Shown here: one piece after another, positions 24,164-32,819 of the stretch
How positions within the stretch are numbered: the first letter of the stretch is position 1
How the letters are laid out: each line of letters opens with the position of its first letter
Source of the DNA: a virus
Taxonomy: Duplodnaviria; Caudoviricetes
Reading direction: 5' to 3' (one strand)
Length of the DNA stretch: 57,433 nt
IMG/VR virus record: IMGVR_UViG_3300033145_001062
Span: 1 to 57,433 of that record
Translations under genes and position numbers: made by a program
The notes under the pieces: generated by a model
Told to the model about the DNA's origin: nothing
The model's database searches: none
Seen by the model: the letters and a program-made list of their open reading frames with translations, nothing else

Positions 24164-27100
24164 TTACCTTAACCTCGCCTCTAATTTATCTATTCTTTCT
24201 TTAAGAGTCTGATTTTTCTCTTCAAGTTGGCGTATTGCTCCCATAAAAAGCAGATTCATTTTTTTGCCTGAAATATATCTATCAAGTCTCGTTCCTTTTC
24301 CATCAGCTTTATATCTTGTCCTTCTGTATCCCTTTAATTTCTTTCTGTCTTCTGGTTTTAAAGCACCAAACGTTTCTTCAACCTCACTTACATGGACAAT
24401 TTTATGTTTCTTAAATACATCTTTTTCTTTCATTTTAGTTCTTGAAATCTTTGAGGTAAGTATTTCTTCAACTTCTTTAACCAATTGAATATCGTCTTCA
24501 TCTTGGAATCCTGAACCCGCCCCATCATGAAAATAATCACCATCTTCATCCACAAAAAAGACCATTTTTTCATTTGCACCAGCAGGAACAGTTCTAATCC
24601 CCCAGATGTTTGCATTAGCATTCCAATGACCATAAGTATGATTAGTAGCATCACCCAATAATGGTTCTTCTACTATAACAGTCGAAGTAGTACCATCTTT
24701 AACTGTAGCGGCATAAGCATTCATGAAAGCATATACAGCCCAAGAAGCCCAGACTAAACCATCGGCTAGGGAGCACCACCAAATCCCACCTCTATCTGGG
24801 TCACTTATCCTTTGAGTTAAAAATGTATCCGTTTCTATAGAACCCCATCCTCCCCAATTTGTAATTTGATGGTTAACGCCTGTTCCCTTATAATCTATTA
24901 ATTCAGTAACATCGGTTCCTTGATATATAAGTAATTTTTCATCAACATTGTCACTGTCGCTAATTTTTAATTGATTAGTGGTAATCGAATTAGTATATAC
25001 TTTCCCCCCATCAATATAAGTTGCGTCAGCCCCATGCATCCACTCTTCAGGTACTTGATGTGGCTTCCAATTCGTAAGCTTATCTCCTGGCTCAAACTGT
25101 AAGCCTGTGGCCAATGATGATACTCTCGTCCCAGCCGCAGGATGATATATCGGATAAAATCTAATTCGCACATATTTACAATCCGCAGGAAAGGCTACGT
25201 CATAATCATCACTATTTGGCCCGAAAGTCCCCGAATAACGTGTCCATGAATCAGAAGTGTCAGATATAGCCTCCATTGAAGTAGGGTAGCCAATGGCAGG
25301 ATCGCAAGCGACTTTATCAGAATCATAAAAAAATAATCCAAGATACCATTTAATGACATCACTAGAGGAAACTTTTCTTACCCATACGCTGAGAGTATAC
25401 GGGTCTGTTCTCTCGACAGGGATATATTCATCACCCGCCAATAAGATTACGCCAGCACCATCATTATTTTCTGCTGCTTGGTGAGAATTATAAGCATACT
25501 CCCAGGGGTATTTTTTGTAGGGTGCCGTGGCTTTCCAAGCAAAATGATTCTCCCAGGTTCCGCCTACTGTTAAATGCCAATGAACGGGCTCGTCTATATT
25601 CTGTCCATCATAGTTAAAAACGCTGTTCTTTATGAGGTTTTGATGTCCTATTTCCGTAAAAGCATCATCGGATACTTCACCAAGAGTCAAGGTCTTGGCT
25701 GCGATTGAATTAGCAAGTATCGAGTTTGTATAAATGTCTCCACCGTCTATAAGTGTAGTATCGCTTGCATGTCTCCAAGCCTCGATATTGGTTTTGATTG
25801 TGCTGCTGCCAAACATTCTATCAGTTACGGCAGCATTCAATCCAGCTACGACTATTGAACTTGTATATATAAATCCACCATCTATATAGGTTGTATCTCC
25901 GGCTTTCATCCAAGCCTCGATATTACCTTTGGCTGTCGGATTAGTGAACATCCGATCTGTGACTTCCGCATCGCAGCCGGCAATAATAATTTTACCAGCA
26001 GAAACTGAAGTTAATGGCATTCTGACATATGAGTCTCCGTCTGGTACATCATCAAGGTCAAACATTATTTCCGTACCGTCTAAAATGCGCAAGAGCGGAT
26101 CATAGGTTGAATATTCCTCTCCCTCAATTATAATATGATTCCTTACCTCATCGATGTTTTCGATATATTTAAAAGTGCTTATAAGTTCTTTCCCGAATGT
26201 GAAATCAGCAGCGCCTACAGTTGCAATAGATCGAAAAACAGGCGTCCCATCGTATTTGAAAAAGAATTCATAATCTACTCTCTCGCATATTTTCTGAATG
26301 GCATATAACGCAGAAACTCCGGTATTGAATCTTACCCTGTCTATAGTTACCCCAGTCGCCTCATAATCCATAGCCGCAAGGGCTGCTGCTCTATCGTCAT
26401 AAAGCCCAGCAGTAACAAGGATATCCGCCACGACATTTTCAGGCGCTTGAGACGTGTAATAATAAATGAGAAGCTCAAGATCGCTTGCTGCGGGTATGCT
26501 GCTTGGAAGAAACCAAAATTTCTTTGTGGCATCATCTATGCCCTTATCATAAATCCAGGTATCTGGGGCATATATCTGCGTACCATCCAGGTATGCGATA
26601 TAAGCACCATTGCACCCCAAACCAGTCAAACTATAATCAGCCTGATCTGCAACTGTTACCGTGTCTTTAACGGCTCCCCAATAATTATCAGGACTCTTGA
26701 GTTTCACTTCCGTCAAATATTGTGCATAGTCAAAGCCCTTGATGGTGATTTGATTTGCACTATTATTAATCTGGACATCAGAAATTACCCCTACGAACCA
26801 TTTCCAGAGATAATCTGAGGCTCCAATTTTAAATCCCGTCCAGAACCTAACCTTTCTACCAATTTTAAAAAAGGAATTGTATATCCCCTCATCATTTTTT
26901 GGGTTTAAATTCCCGTCAATATCATCTATGATTGCTGTAAATTCTGCCGCTATCGGACAATATGAAAGTTCACGTTGCCCGCTCGAATAATTAGCCTCAA
27001 TGAGATAATTCTTGCTATCAAGATCACAAAGATTTTCTGACAATGAATAGCAGGATATTTCATCAAAATAGAAAGCCTGAGAAGCGATTATACAATAAAG

Positions 27101-27760
27101 CGTAATATAGGTTGTTGTAGTTGTAGCTTCAAAAATTACCGTATATGCTGTCCAGGCATCAGCGGTAATTGTCCCCGAATCATAATATTGCGCTCCTGCA
27201 ATAGCAGTACCAATCTTTATCTTTCCGTCAATGCCGGTAGTTATGTCTTTAGCATAAACAGTTACCTTATATACCTTACCAATGACAGTAGTGATTTCCT
27301 GTGACGTGTATCTTGTCCCCGTGGCGTCTGCTAAAACTTTCATGCAGTTGCCAATTTTACCCCCCGCCTCTGTTGTTAAAGTACATCCTGTTCCAGCTAC
27401 CCATCCTGGGGGCGGGTCGGTATCTACACTAAAATCACCATTCTGGACTAAATCTACCCCAACGCCTGAGTCGGGATGATTTACATCGGCTGTAGCTCCG
27501 GATGTCCCCCCTGTTATTTGCTCATTATCATGAAATTTACCGCTGCAATTATCAAGAATTAAGGTGGATCCGTCATCAGATCGCACTATTGCTGTAGCTC
27601 CGGATGTTCCCCCTGTTATTTCCTCAAGCACATCAAAAGCCCCTACTAAATTGTCATAATTTAACGAACCAATAGGGTCAACTTGGAGTTCTAGCCTAGA
27701 AATGGGCTGCTTGGTTTTGACCTCAAAATCAGCAGCAGCAAGGCCTAGTAAATTCTGCAT
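24164..27760 (-). CDS. Large tail tip / hub-fibre protein with carbohydrate-binding-like domains
   Basis: Follows the distal tail gene. LVQNGDF and NLIKNSVF CBM-like starts, IDGG.IYT.SI repeats, C-terminal coiled coil (GAIRQL...LEAR). Confidence 0.8.
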   Translation of the reverse strand: MQNLLGLAAADFEVKTKQPISRLELQVDPIGSLNYDNLVGAFDVLEEITGGTSGATAIVRSDDGSTLILDNCSGKFHDNEQITGGTSGATADVNHPDSGVGVDLVQNGDFSVDTDPPPGWVAGTGCTLTTEAGGKIGNCMKVLADATGTRYTSQEITTVIGKVYKVTVYAKDITTGIDGKIKIGTAIAGAQYYDSGTITADAWTAYTVIFEATTTTTYITLYCIIASQAFYFDEISCYSLSENLCDLDSKNYLIEANYSSGQRELSYCPIAAEFTAIIDDIDGNLNPKNDEGIYNSFFKIGRKVRFWTGFKIGASDYLWKWFVGVISDVQINNSANQITIKGFDYAQYLTEVKLKSPDNYWGAVKDTVTVADQADYSLTGLGCNGAYIAYLDGTQIYAPDTWIYDKGIDDATKKFWFLPSSIPAASDLELLIYYYTSQAPENVVADILVTAGLYDDRAAALAAMDYEATGVTIDRVRFNTGVSALYAIQKICERVDYEFFFKYDGTPVFRSIATVGAADFTFGKELISTFKYIENIDEVRNHIIIEGEEYSTYDPLLRILDGTEIMFDLDDVPDGDSYVRMPLTSVSAGKIIIAGCDAEVTDRMFTNPTAKGNIEAWMKAGDTTYIDGGFIYTSSIVVAGLNAAVTDRMFGSSTIKTNIEAWRHASDTTLIDGGDIYTNSILANSIAAKTLTLGEVSDDAFTEIGHQNLIKNSVFNYDGQNIDEPVHWHLTVGGTWENHFAWKATAPYKKYPWEYAYNSHQAAENNDGAGVILLAGDEYIPVERTDPYTLSVWVRKVSSSDVIKWYLGLFFYDSDKVACDPAIGYPTSMEAISDTSDSWTRYSGTFGPNSDDYDVAFPADCKYVRIRFYPIYHPAAGTRVSSLATGLQFEPGDKLTNWKPHQVPEEWMHGADATYIDGGKVYTNSITTNQLKISDSDNVDEKLLIYQGTDVTELIDYKGTGVNHQITNWGGWGSIETDTFLTQRISDPDRGGIWWCSLADGLVWASWAVYAFMNAYAATVKDGTTSTVIVEEPLLGDATNHTYGHWNANANIWGIRTVPAGANEKMVFFVDEDGDYFHDGAGSGFQDEDDIQLVKEVEEILTSKISRTKMKEKDVFKKHKIVHVSEVEETFGALKPEDRKKLKGYRRTRYKADGKGTRLDRYISGKKMNLLFMGAIRQLEEKNQTLKERIDKLEARLR

Positions 27761-28119
27761 TATGTTTCCTCGACTGCGAAATTTACCCTATAATATTTTG
27801 TTGTATCGTTTGGGTTTATACATTCGTAAGAAAAATCAGTCATTACGACATCATATGATGTAGCTGATTCATAATTGTTTTGAAATTTTAATACTTGGTT
27901 ACGTTCCCACTCTGTGATGAGGGATGTAAGTTGAGCATTAGTTGTTTTATTGCAAGTTACTCGCCACCGCCTGAACTGGTCATAAAATCCCCAACGTCTA
28001 CTTCCGTCTGACATTTCAACTCGTCGCAATTGTTTAGAATATTCAATAGGCATAGAGATTGCAACGCCCGCTACTGTTATTTCAGAACCCGAAACGCCAA
28101 GTTTTATTGTGCTCGCCAT
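27760..28119 (-). CDS. Putative distal tail protein
   Basis: Position right after the tape measure; size; terminal F..EE motif. Confidence 0.6.
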   Translation of the reverse strand: MASTIKLGVSGSEITVAGVAISMPIEYSKQLRRVEMSDGSRRWGFYDQFRRWRVTCNKTTNAQLTSLITEWERNQVLKFQNNYESATSYDVVMTDFSYECINPNDTTKYYRVNFAVEET

Positions 28120-31103
28120 TATCGCCCTCCCCTCCTGGCTTCTTGCCTCTCTACAGCAGCAAATATTTTCTCAGCAGCCGTATTTATTGTATAGTCATCA
28201 AGTTTTTGAGCGTAAATATTTATAATATTAGTCATTGTAGCCCCTGTATTTAAATTAGCATTTTGAGGAGATGATGGACTCAATGACAATGAGCTTAAAT
28301 TTTTTGATGGAATAAAATATTCTGGTTCCGATGGCGTTCCGTGTGCCATAACCAATTGAGGCGATGTTATAACCGCACCCGATGAGGCCCCCTGGAGCTT
28401 TTTTATGAGTTTAGAAATTCTGCCTAAGAGAATATTTGAGGAATCAAGCTTTCTACATATTGCATCCTGTTGCTTCCAAACTAAATCTTCTAATAGTCTA
28501 TTAGTATAATCTAAATTTACTGATGGCTTAAGAGCATTGAAAATGGCCGCCACGCCAAGGGCAAGAATTCCCAATGCGCCTATCGTAGATAATAAAGAGG
28601 TTGCGGCAGTTCCGGTTGTTGTAATTATACCAGCAGCACCTGTGGCAGCTCCGCCAATCCCATCTGTTATTTTTTTGCCAATGTCAGTAATGCTTGTAAG
28701 AATATTAGATACAAATTTAGTTGTCCATTTTGCTATCATCTGACCTACCATATCTGCAAATTGGACAACAACAGCATCCCAGATTCCTTTTAATCCATCC
28801 TTTAGAGATGTCGCCCCTCTCAGAACCTCGCTTATCGTAGAAGCCCATTTAGTTTGCAAACCATCCGCCATTTCGTCCCAGGCAGATTTTGTTTTTTTTG
28901 CTGCATCCTCAGCTTTATCAGGAATGCTTCCCAGTCCATACCCCATATCTTCAAGAACAGTGTTAGCTGTATCTCCAAAGTCTATCCATTCTTCCGCATC
29001 ATCTTCAATTGCCATATCAAGGTCACTAAACTCATCTTTCAAGGCGCTTATTTTGCCCTTTAGCTCTACAGCCTGATTAATAAACGTTTGCCAGGCAGCT
29101 TCACCTTTAAAAACTTTTGCCATTAAATCCCAGTATTTAGATTCTAATTTTTCAACTTCTGTCCTTTCATCTTTGATTTTGGGGATAATTCTTGTTGTTT
29201 CATCGAAATTTTCTTTCTGGGCATCAATTAAGGCTTCAAGGGCTAATTTACGTTTTTCTAATTGATCAATTAATTTTGGGGTTAAATTGGCCTTGTCCCT
29301 TAATGCGGCAGTAATTTTATTATATGCTTTAAAGAGCAAATCCAAGCTAGTTAATTCACCCCGCATTTTTTCAAGTTCCTTCTTTCGTTCTTCTGTAAGA
29401 GTTCCTTTAATTTTCGCAATTTCTATTAGATTGTCAATATAGGCGTCAACCCCCTTGGATAACATCGTATAGCTTTCACGCAACCCTCTCTGTGCCGTTT
29501 TTGTTGCATTTGTAATTCTATTTAATTTTCCCTCTGCAATGGCTGCCTCTTCAGCTGCCTTTTTAGCAATTTCGGCATTTTTCTTTACATAATTATAGGC
29601 AAGTTGTAGATTTTTTGCATGTTTTAGTGTCCCATCTGCCAACTTTTTCATAACCTTTGTAACATCACCATGATTGCGTTGGATAGCATTTGCAAATTCA
29701 TTGCTATGTAAAGTTGAATCTTTTATAGCAACCCAAAAAGCTCTTAGAGATACAACAGCATTTTCGGTTTCTTTTTCAAAATCGTAAACAGATTTTCCCA
29801 TATTTTTAAAATCTGCAATTATCCCTGGTATTCGACTTGCAATAATAGCAAGTCCCCCAATTACTATTCCAATTGGGCCTGATAATGCAGCAAGAGCCAC
29901 TTTTATTTTAGGCAAAATAACCAGCAATTTACCAAAAATCAGCAGAAGCGGGCCTGCTGCGGCTGCTAAACCAGCGACTGTAATAATTGTTTTTTTAGTG
30001 CCCTCTGAGAGCTTGTTGAACCACAAAACAGCAGGCTTGAGTTTGTTATCAACTAAGTCTTTAATCCCAGGGCCAAGAATCTTAAATATCTGAATTGCAG
30101 CCTCAGTCAATGCAGAGGTAAGCAGTTTAAAGCTACCCTTCAGCGTATTTATCTGCATCTCCGCCATTTTCGCAGCAGCTTCTGTACCGGTAATTTCTTT
30201 TTCAAATTTCCGGATCGCATCGCTTCCCTTTGAAAGGAGTGCAGCAAAAGCGGGTCCAGCTCTTACCCCGAATATTTCGATAATATTTTTTGTTGTTGCT
30301 CCCCGCTCACCTAAAATTTCAATAATATCAGCAAAATGTTTAGTTGTTGGGTCTATATCCTCAATAGTAAGTCCTAATTTTGCCAGGGTTTTTTGTGCTT
30401 CTGATGTAGGTTTCAATAATCGTGCAATTCCCATACGCAATGCAGTTCCTGCCATTGATGCTTCATAACCAGCATTATACAAAACCATCAATGTAGCAGC
30501 AGCCTCCTCTACGGATTTTCCCATGCTGTTAAAAATAGGCCCTACATAAGTCATTGATGTATTTAATTTCTCCAGAGTAGCCTGAGAATTGCTGATAGCT
30601 GCGGCAAAAACATTTGTTACTCGCTCTGCATCACCTGAGCCAAGCTGAAATTGATTAAGAGAAGCCACGACCGTATCTGTAGTAAAAGCTAAATTAGATT
30701 GAGTTGCAGCAGCTAGATCAAGAGTCGGCTTAATAGCCCTACCCATATCATTAACTTTCCAGCCAGCAGAGGCCATGAAATACATAGCATCGGCAGATTG
30801 TTTAGCTGAAAATACCGTAGTTTCACCCATTTCACGGGCAATCCCCTCCATCCGCTTAAGCTCTTCACCTGTTGCACCCGATACTGATGCAGCATTCATC
30901 ATTGACTGCTCAAAATCAGCTCCCATTTTAACAGCAGCAGCCCCCACGGCAAGGATAGGCAAAGTCACCATCATTGTCAGTTTCTTGCCGACAGCGGCAA
31001 ATCTTGCTCCGACCTTTACCATAGCCTTCTCTGCATCGGACATGCCTTTATAGAAGCGGTCTAATTTTGTGTCAAGAACAATAAAAAGTTCTCCGACTTT
31101 CAT
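28119..31103 (-). CDS. Tail tape measure protein (TP901-like)
   Basis: TVFSA.Q.ADAM..MA.AG, LDLAAA, AGTALR motifs; long helical protein. Confidence 0.95.
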   Translation of the reverse strand: MKVGELFIVLDTKLDRFYKGMSDAEKAMVKVGARFAAVGKKLTMMVTLPILAVGAAAVKMGADFEQSMMNAASVSGATGEELKRMEGIAREMGETTVFSAKQSADAMYFMASAGWKVNDMGRAIKPTLDLAAATQSNLAFTTDTVVASLNQFQLGSGDAERVTNVFAAAISNSQATLEKLNTSMTYVGPIFNSMGKSVEEAAATLMVLYNAGYEASMAGTALRMGIARLLKPTSEAQKTLAKLGLTIEDIDPTTKHFADIIEILGERGATTKNIIEIFGVRAGPAFAALLSKGSDAIRKFEKEITGTEAAAKMAEMQINTLKGSFKLLTSALTEAAIQIFKILGPGIKDLVDNKLKPAVLWFNKLSEGTKKTIITVAGLAAAAGPLLLIFGKLLVILPKIKVALAALSGPIGIVIGGLAIIASRIPGIIADFKNMGKSVYDFEKETENAVVSLRAFWVAIKDSTLHSNEFANAIQRNHGDVTKVMKKLADGTLKHAKNLQLAYNYVKKNAEIAKKAAEEAAIAEGKLNRITNATKTAQRGLRESYTMLSKGVDAYIDNLIEIAKIKGTLTEERKKELEKMRGELTSLDLLFKAYNKITAALRDKANLTPKLIDQLEKRKLALEALIDAQKENFDETTRIIPKIKDERTEVEKLESKYWDLMAKVFKGEAAWQTFINQAVELKGKISALKDEFSDLDMAIEDDAEEWIDFGDTANTVLEDMGYGLGSIPDKAEDAAKKTKSAWDEMADGLQTKWASTISEVLRGATSLKDGLKGIWDAVVVQFADMVGQMIAKWTTKFVSNILTSITDIGKKITDGIGGAATGAAGIITTTGTAATSLLSTIGALGILALGVAAIFNALKPSVNLDYTNRLLEDLVWKQQDAICRKLDSSNILLGRISKLIKKLQGASSGAVITSPQLVMAHGTPSEPEYFIPSKNLSSLSLSPSSPQNANLNTGATMTNIINIYAQKLDDYTINTAAEKIFAAVERQEARRGGR

Positions 31104-31569
31104 TATCTTTTCCTCTTTTTCTCATGCAAAGCTTTGTAATCTTCCTCGTCAAAAATCTTCACCTTGCCATCCTTATCCGTTTTAAGAAGAGTCCAGAATT
31201 TCTTCTTATGAAATTGTAACATTTCTTGTGTTCTTTTTTCCTTTTCCTCTGGGTTTAACGGTGTTATAGCCTCTTTTTTTACCTCGTCTTTAAACCCAAC
31301 CAATTCATTTGCGCTGATATCCCTTTTATAAGTCTTGCCGGCTGTGTTAATAATCCACGATGAAATAAAAGCTGCACGTCTCCACTCTTGTTTATCCTTT
31401 TCTCTTTCTCTCTCAAAATACGCCTCCGCTATTTCAGCAAGCTCAACTGGTTTCAGCTTCCAAAATATGCCAGGCAAAATTCCGATTTTTAAGGCTAAGT
31501 TGTAACTTTCTTCGATGTAGTCTTTTTTGCTCCAGTCTTCGGTATCTTTGGCTTCACTATTTTTTTTTT
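31103..31569 (-). CDS. Tail assembly chaperone C-terminal extension (gpT-like, -1 frame)
   Basis: Frame is open from the A10 run: ..DWSKKDYIEESYNLALKIGILPGIFWKLKPVEL.. Confidence 0.8.
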
Positions 31570-31911
31570 AGGGTTTTTAAAAAATGTGCTCTGCATGATT
31601 GCATCCATCAATTTCCCGCCCAACTCTTCCGGATTGTTCATAAAACAATTATCAAGAATTTTTCCAACCTCTTTGATCGTTATATCGGGTGTCTCGTCCA
31701 AAAGCCCAGCCCAAAGAAAACCACGCAATTCATATAATGGCAATACTATTCCTGATTTTTTATCTTTACCTTCCCCAGCAATGCTCACGAATTTCTGCAA
31801 ATCAAAAAATGATACTCCGCATTCTCTCTGAAGCTCTGCAAAGGCATTAAAGTCAAAACAAAGTCGCCTTTTTTTGTCTAACTGAATTGGTATAGATTTA
31901 ACTACTGGCAT
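31495..31911 (-). CDS. Tail assembly chaperone (gpG-like)
   Basis: LCFDFNAFAELQ...LWAGL; lies between tail tube and tape measure. Confidence 0.85.
   Translation of the reverse strand: MPVVKSIPIQLDKKRRLCFDFNAFAELQRECGVSFFDLQKFVSIAGEGKDKKSGIVLPLYELRGFLWAGLLDETPDITIKEVGKILDNCFMNNPEELGGKLMDAIMQSTFFKNPKKKIVKPKIPKTGAKKTTSKKVTT
31560..31569 (-). other. Programmed -1 frameshift slippery site (A10)
   Basis: CCT AAA AAA AAA ATA; the -1 frame has a stop immediately before the run. Confidence 0.75.
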
Positions 31912-31935
31912 AATTTCTTACCTCCGTTTTCTTCT

Positions 31936-32355
31936 TTAGCTTGCTGAAATAGTCAGCGCATCGGTTCCTTCAAGTGTAAACGTGAACACAGCAGCTCCGG
32001 CATCTGGAGAAGGAAAATCCAAAGATGTCAGAAAAGCTTTGCCTGTAGCTGTCACAGCACCGTCAGCAAAAGTGAAAATAACATCAATATAAACAGTACC
32101 TATATTAGTGTCACGGTTCTGCCAATGCTCAACAAGTACTTTTTTGCCGATGTTTCCAGTAAAATAGTTGCCAGTACCTGTCATAGACCAATCCCTTGTT
32201 GAAGAAATCAATTGCCGCCAATAACCAGAATCTCTATTAGTCAAATCAACTACAGCCTGACCGCAATGCAAAGAAAAATCCGTACTTTCTGCAATTGCTG
32301 CACCCTCTACCGTGAGGGTTGCTAAATGACCTGTCATTCCTGATGTTTCTCCCAT
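31936..32355 (-). CDS. Major tail tube protein (TP901-1-like)
   Basis: VDLTNRDS.YWRQ...RDWS...G.AFLTSL....AVFTFTLEGT..L. Confidence 0.85.
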   Translation of the reverse strand: MGETSGMTGHLATLTVEGAAIAESTDFSLHCGQAVVDLTNRDSGYWRQLISSTRDWSMTGTGNYFTGNIGKKVLVEHWQNRDTNIGTVYIDVIFTFADGAVTATGKAFLTSLDFPSPDAGAAVFTFTLEGTDALTISAS

Positions 32356-32383
32356 AATATCCTCCTAAAAAATATATATATTT

Positions 32384-32815
32384 CTAAACAGGACTCATGT
32401 CCTGCCTAAATCTTAAAATTCCATGTCTTAAAAAAAGCTCAGGATTCTCTGGATCGAGCATAATTCCTGCGTAATCTAAATAAAAATGAATATTATAATA
32501 ACCTGTTATCGATAAAACAGACGATGTAAGCGCCTGAATAATATTATTCTGCATATCCGCACAAGCTTTGTCGCCTAGTCCGGAAGTCCGATCAACCCAA
32601 CTGTCAACCTGGAAGGCATTGTCCTCTCCCTCTGTATCTCTAGTTGTAAACTCTGCGGATTTTACTCCCATCAGCATACCAATAACATGATATGGGTATG
32701 CTGTATTGTCCGGTACATGATTATAAAATGAATATGAACTGGTTAAAGCATGAGTTGTCAATCGAGAATAAACTGCTGTTAAAAGTGCTGAAAATCCTAA
32801 TTTTCTTGTTGTCAT
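32384..32815 (-). CDS. Tail terminator/completion protein (DUF3168-like)
   Basis: AVYSRL..YNHVP..AYPY.VIG...RHGILRFR. Confidence 0.8.
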   Translation of the reverse strand: MTTRKLGFSALLTAVYSRLTTHALTSSYSFYNHVPDNTAYPYHVIGMLMGVKSAEFTTRDTEGEDNAFQVDSWVDRTSGLGDKACADMQNNIIQALTSSVLSITGYYNIHFYLDYAGIMLDPENPELFLRHGILRFRQDMSPV

Positions 32816-32819
32816 TTTA

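Noticed and set aside
24164-27760. Diversity-generating retroelement targeting the tail protein
   Set aside because: No reverse transcriptase and no TR/VR pair with adenine-specific mismatches seen.
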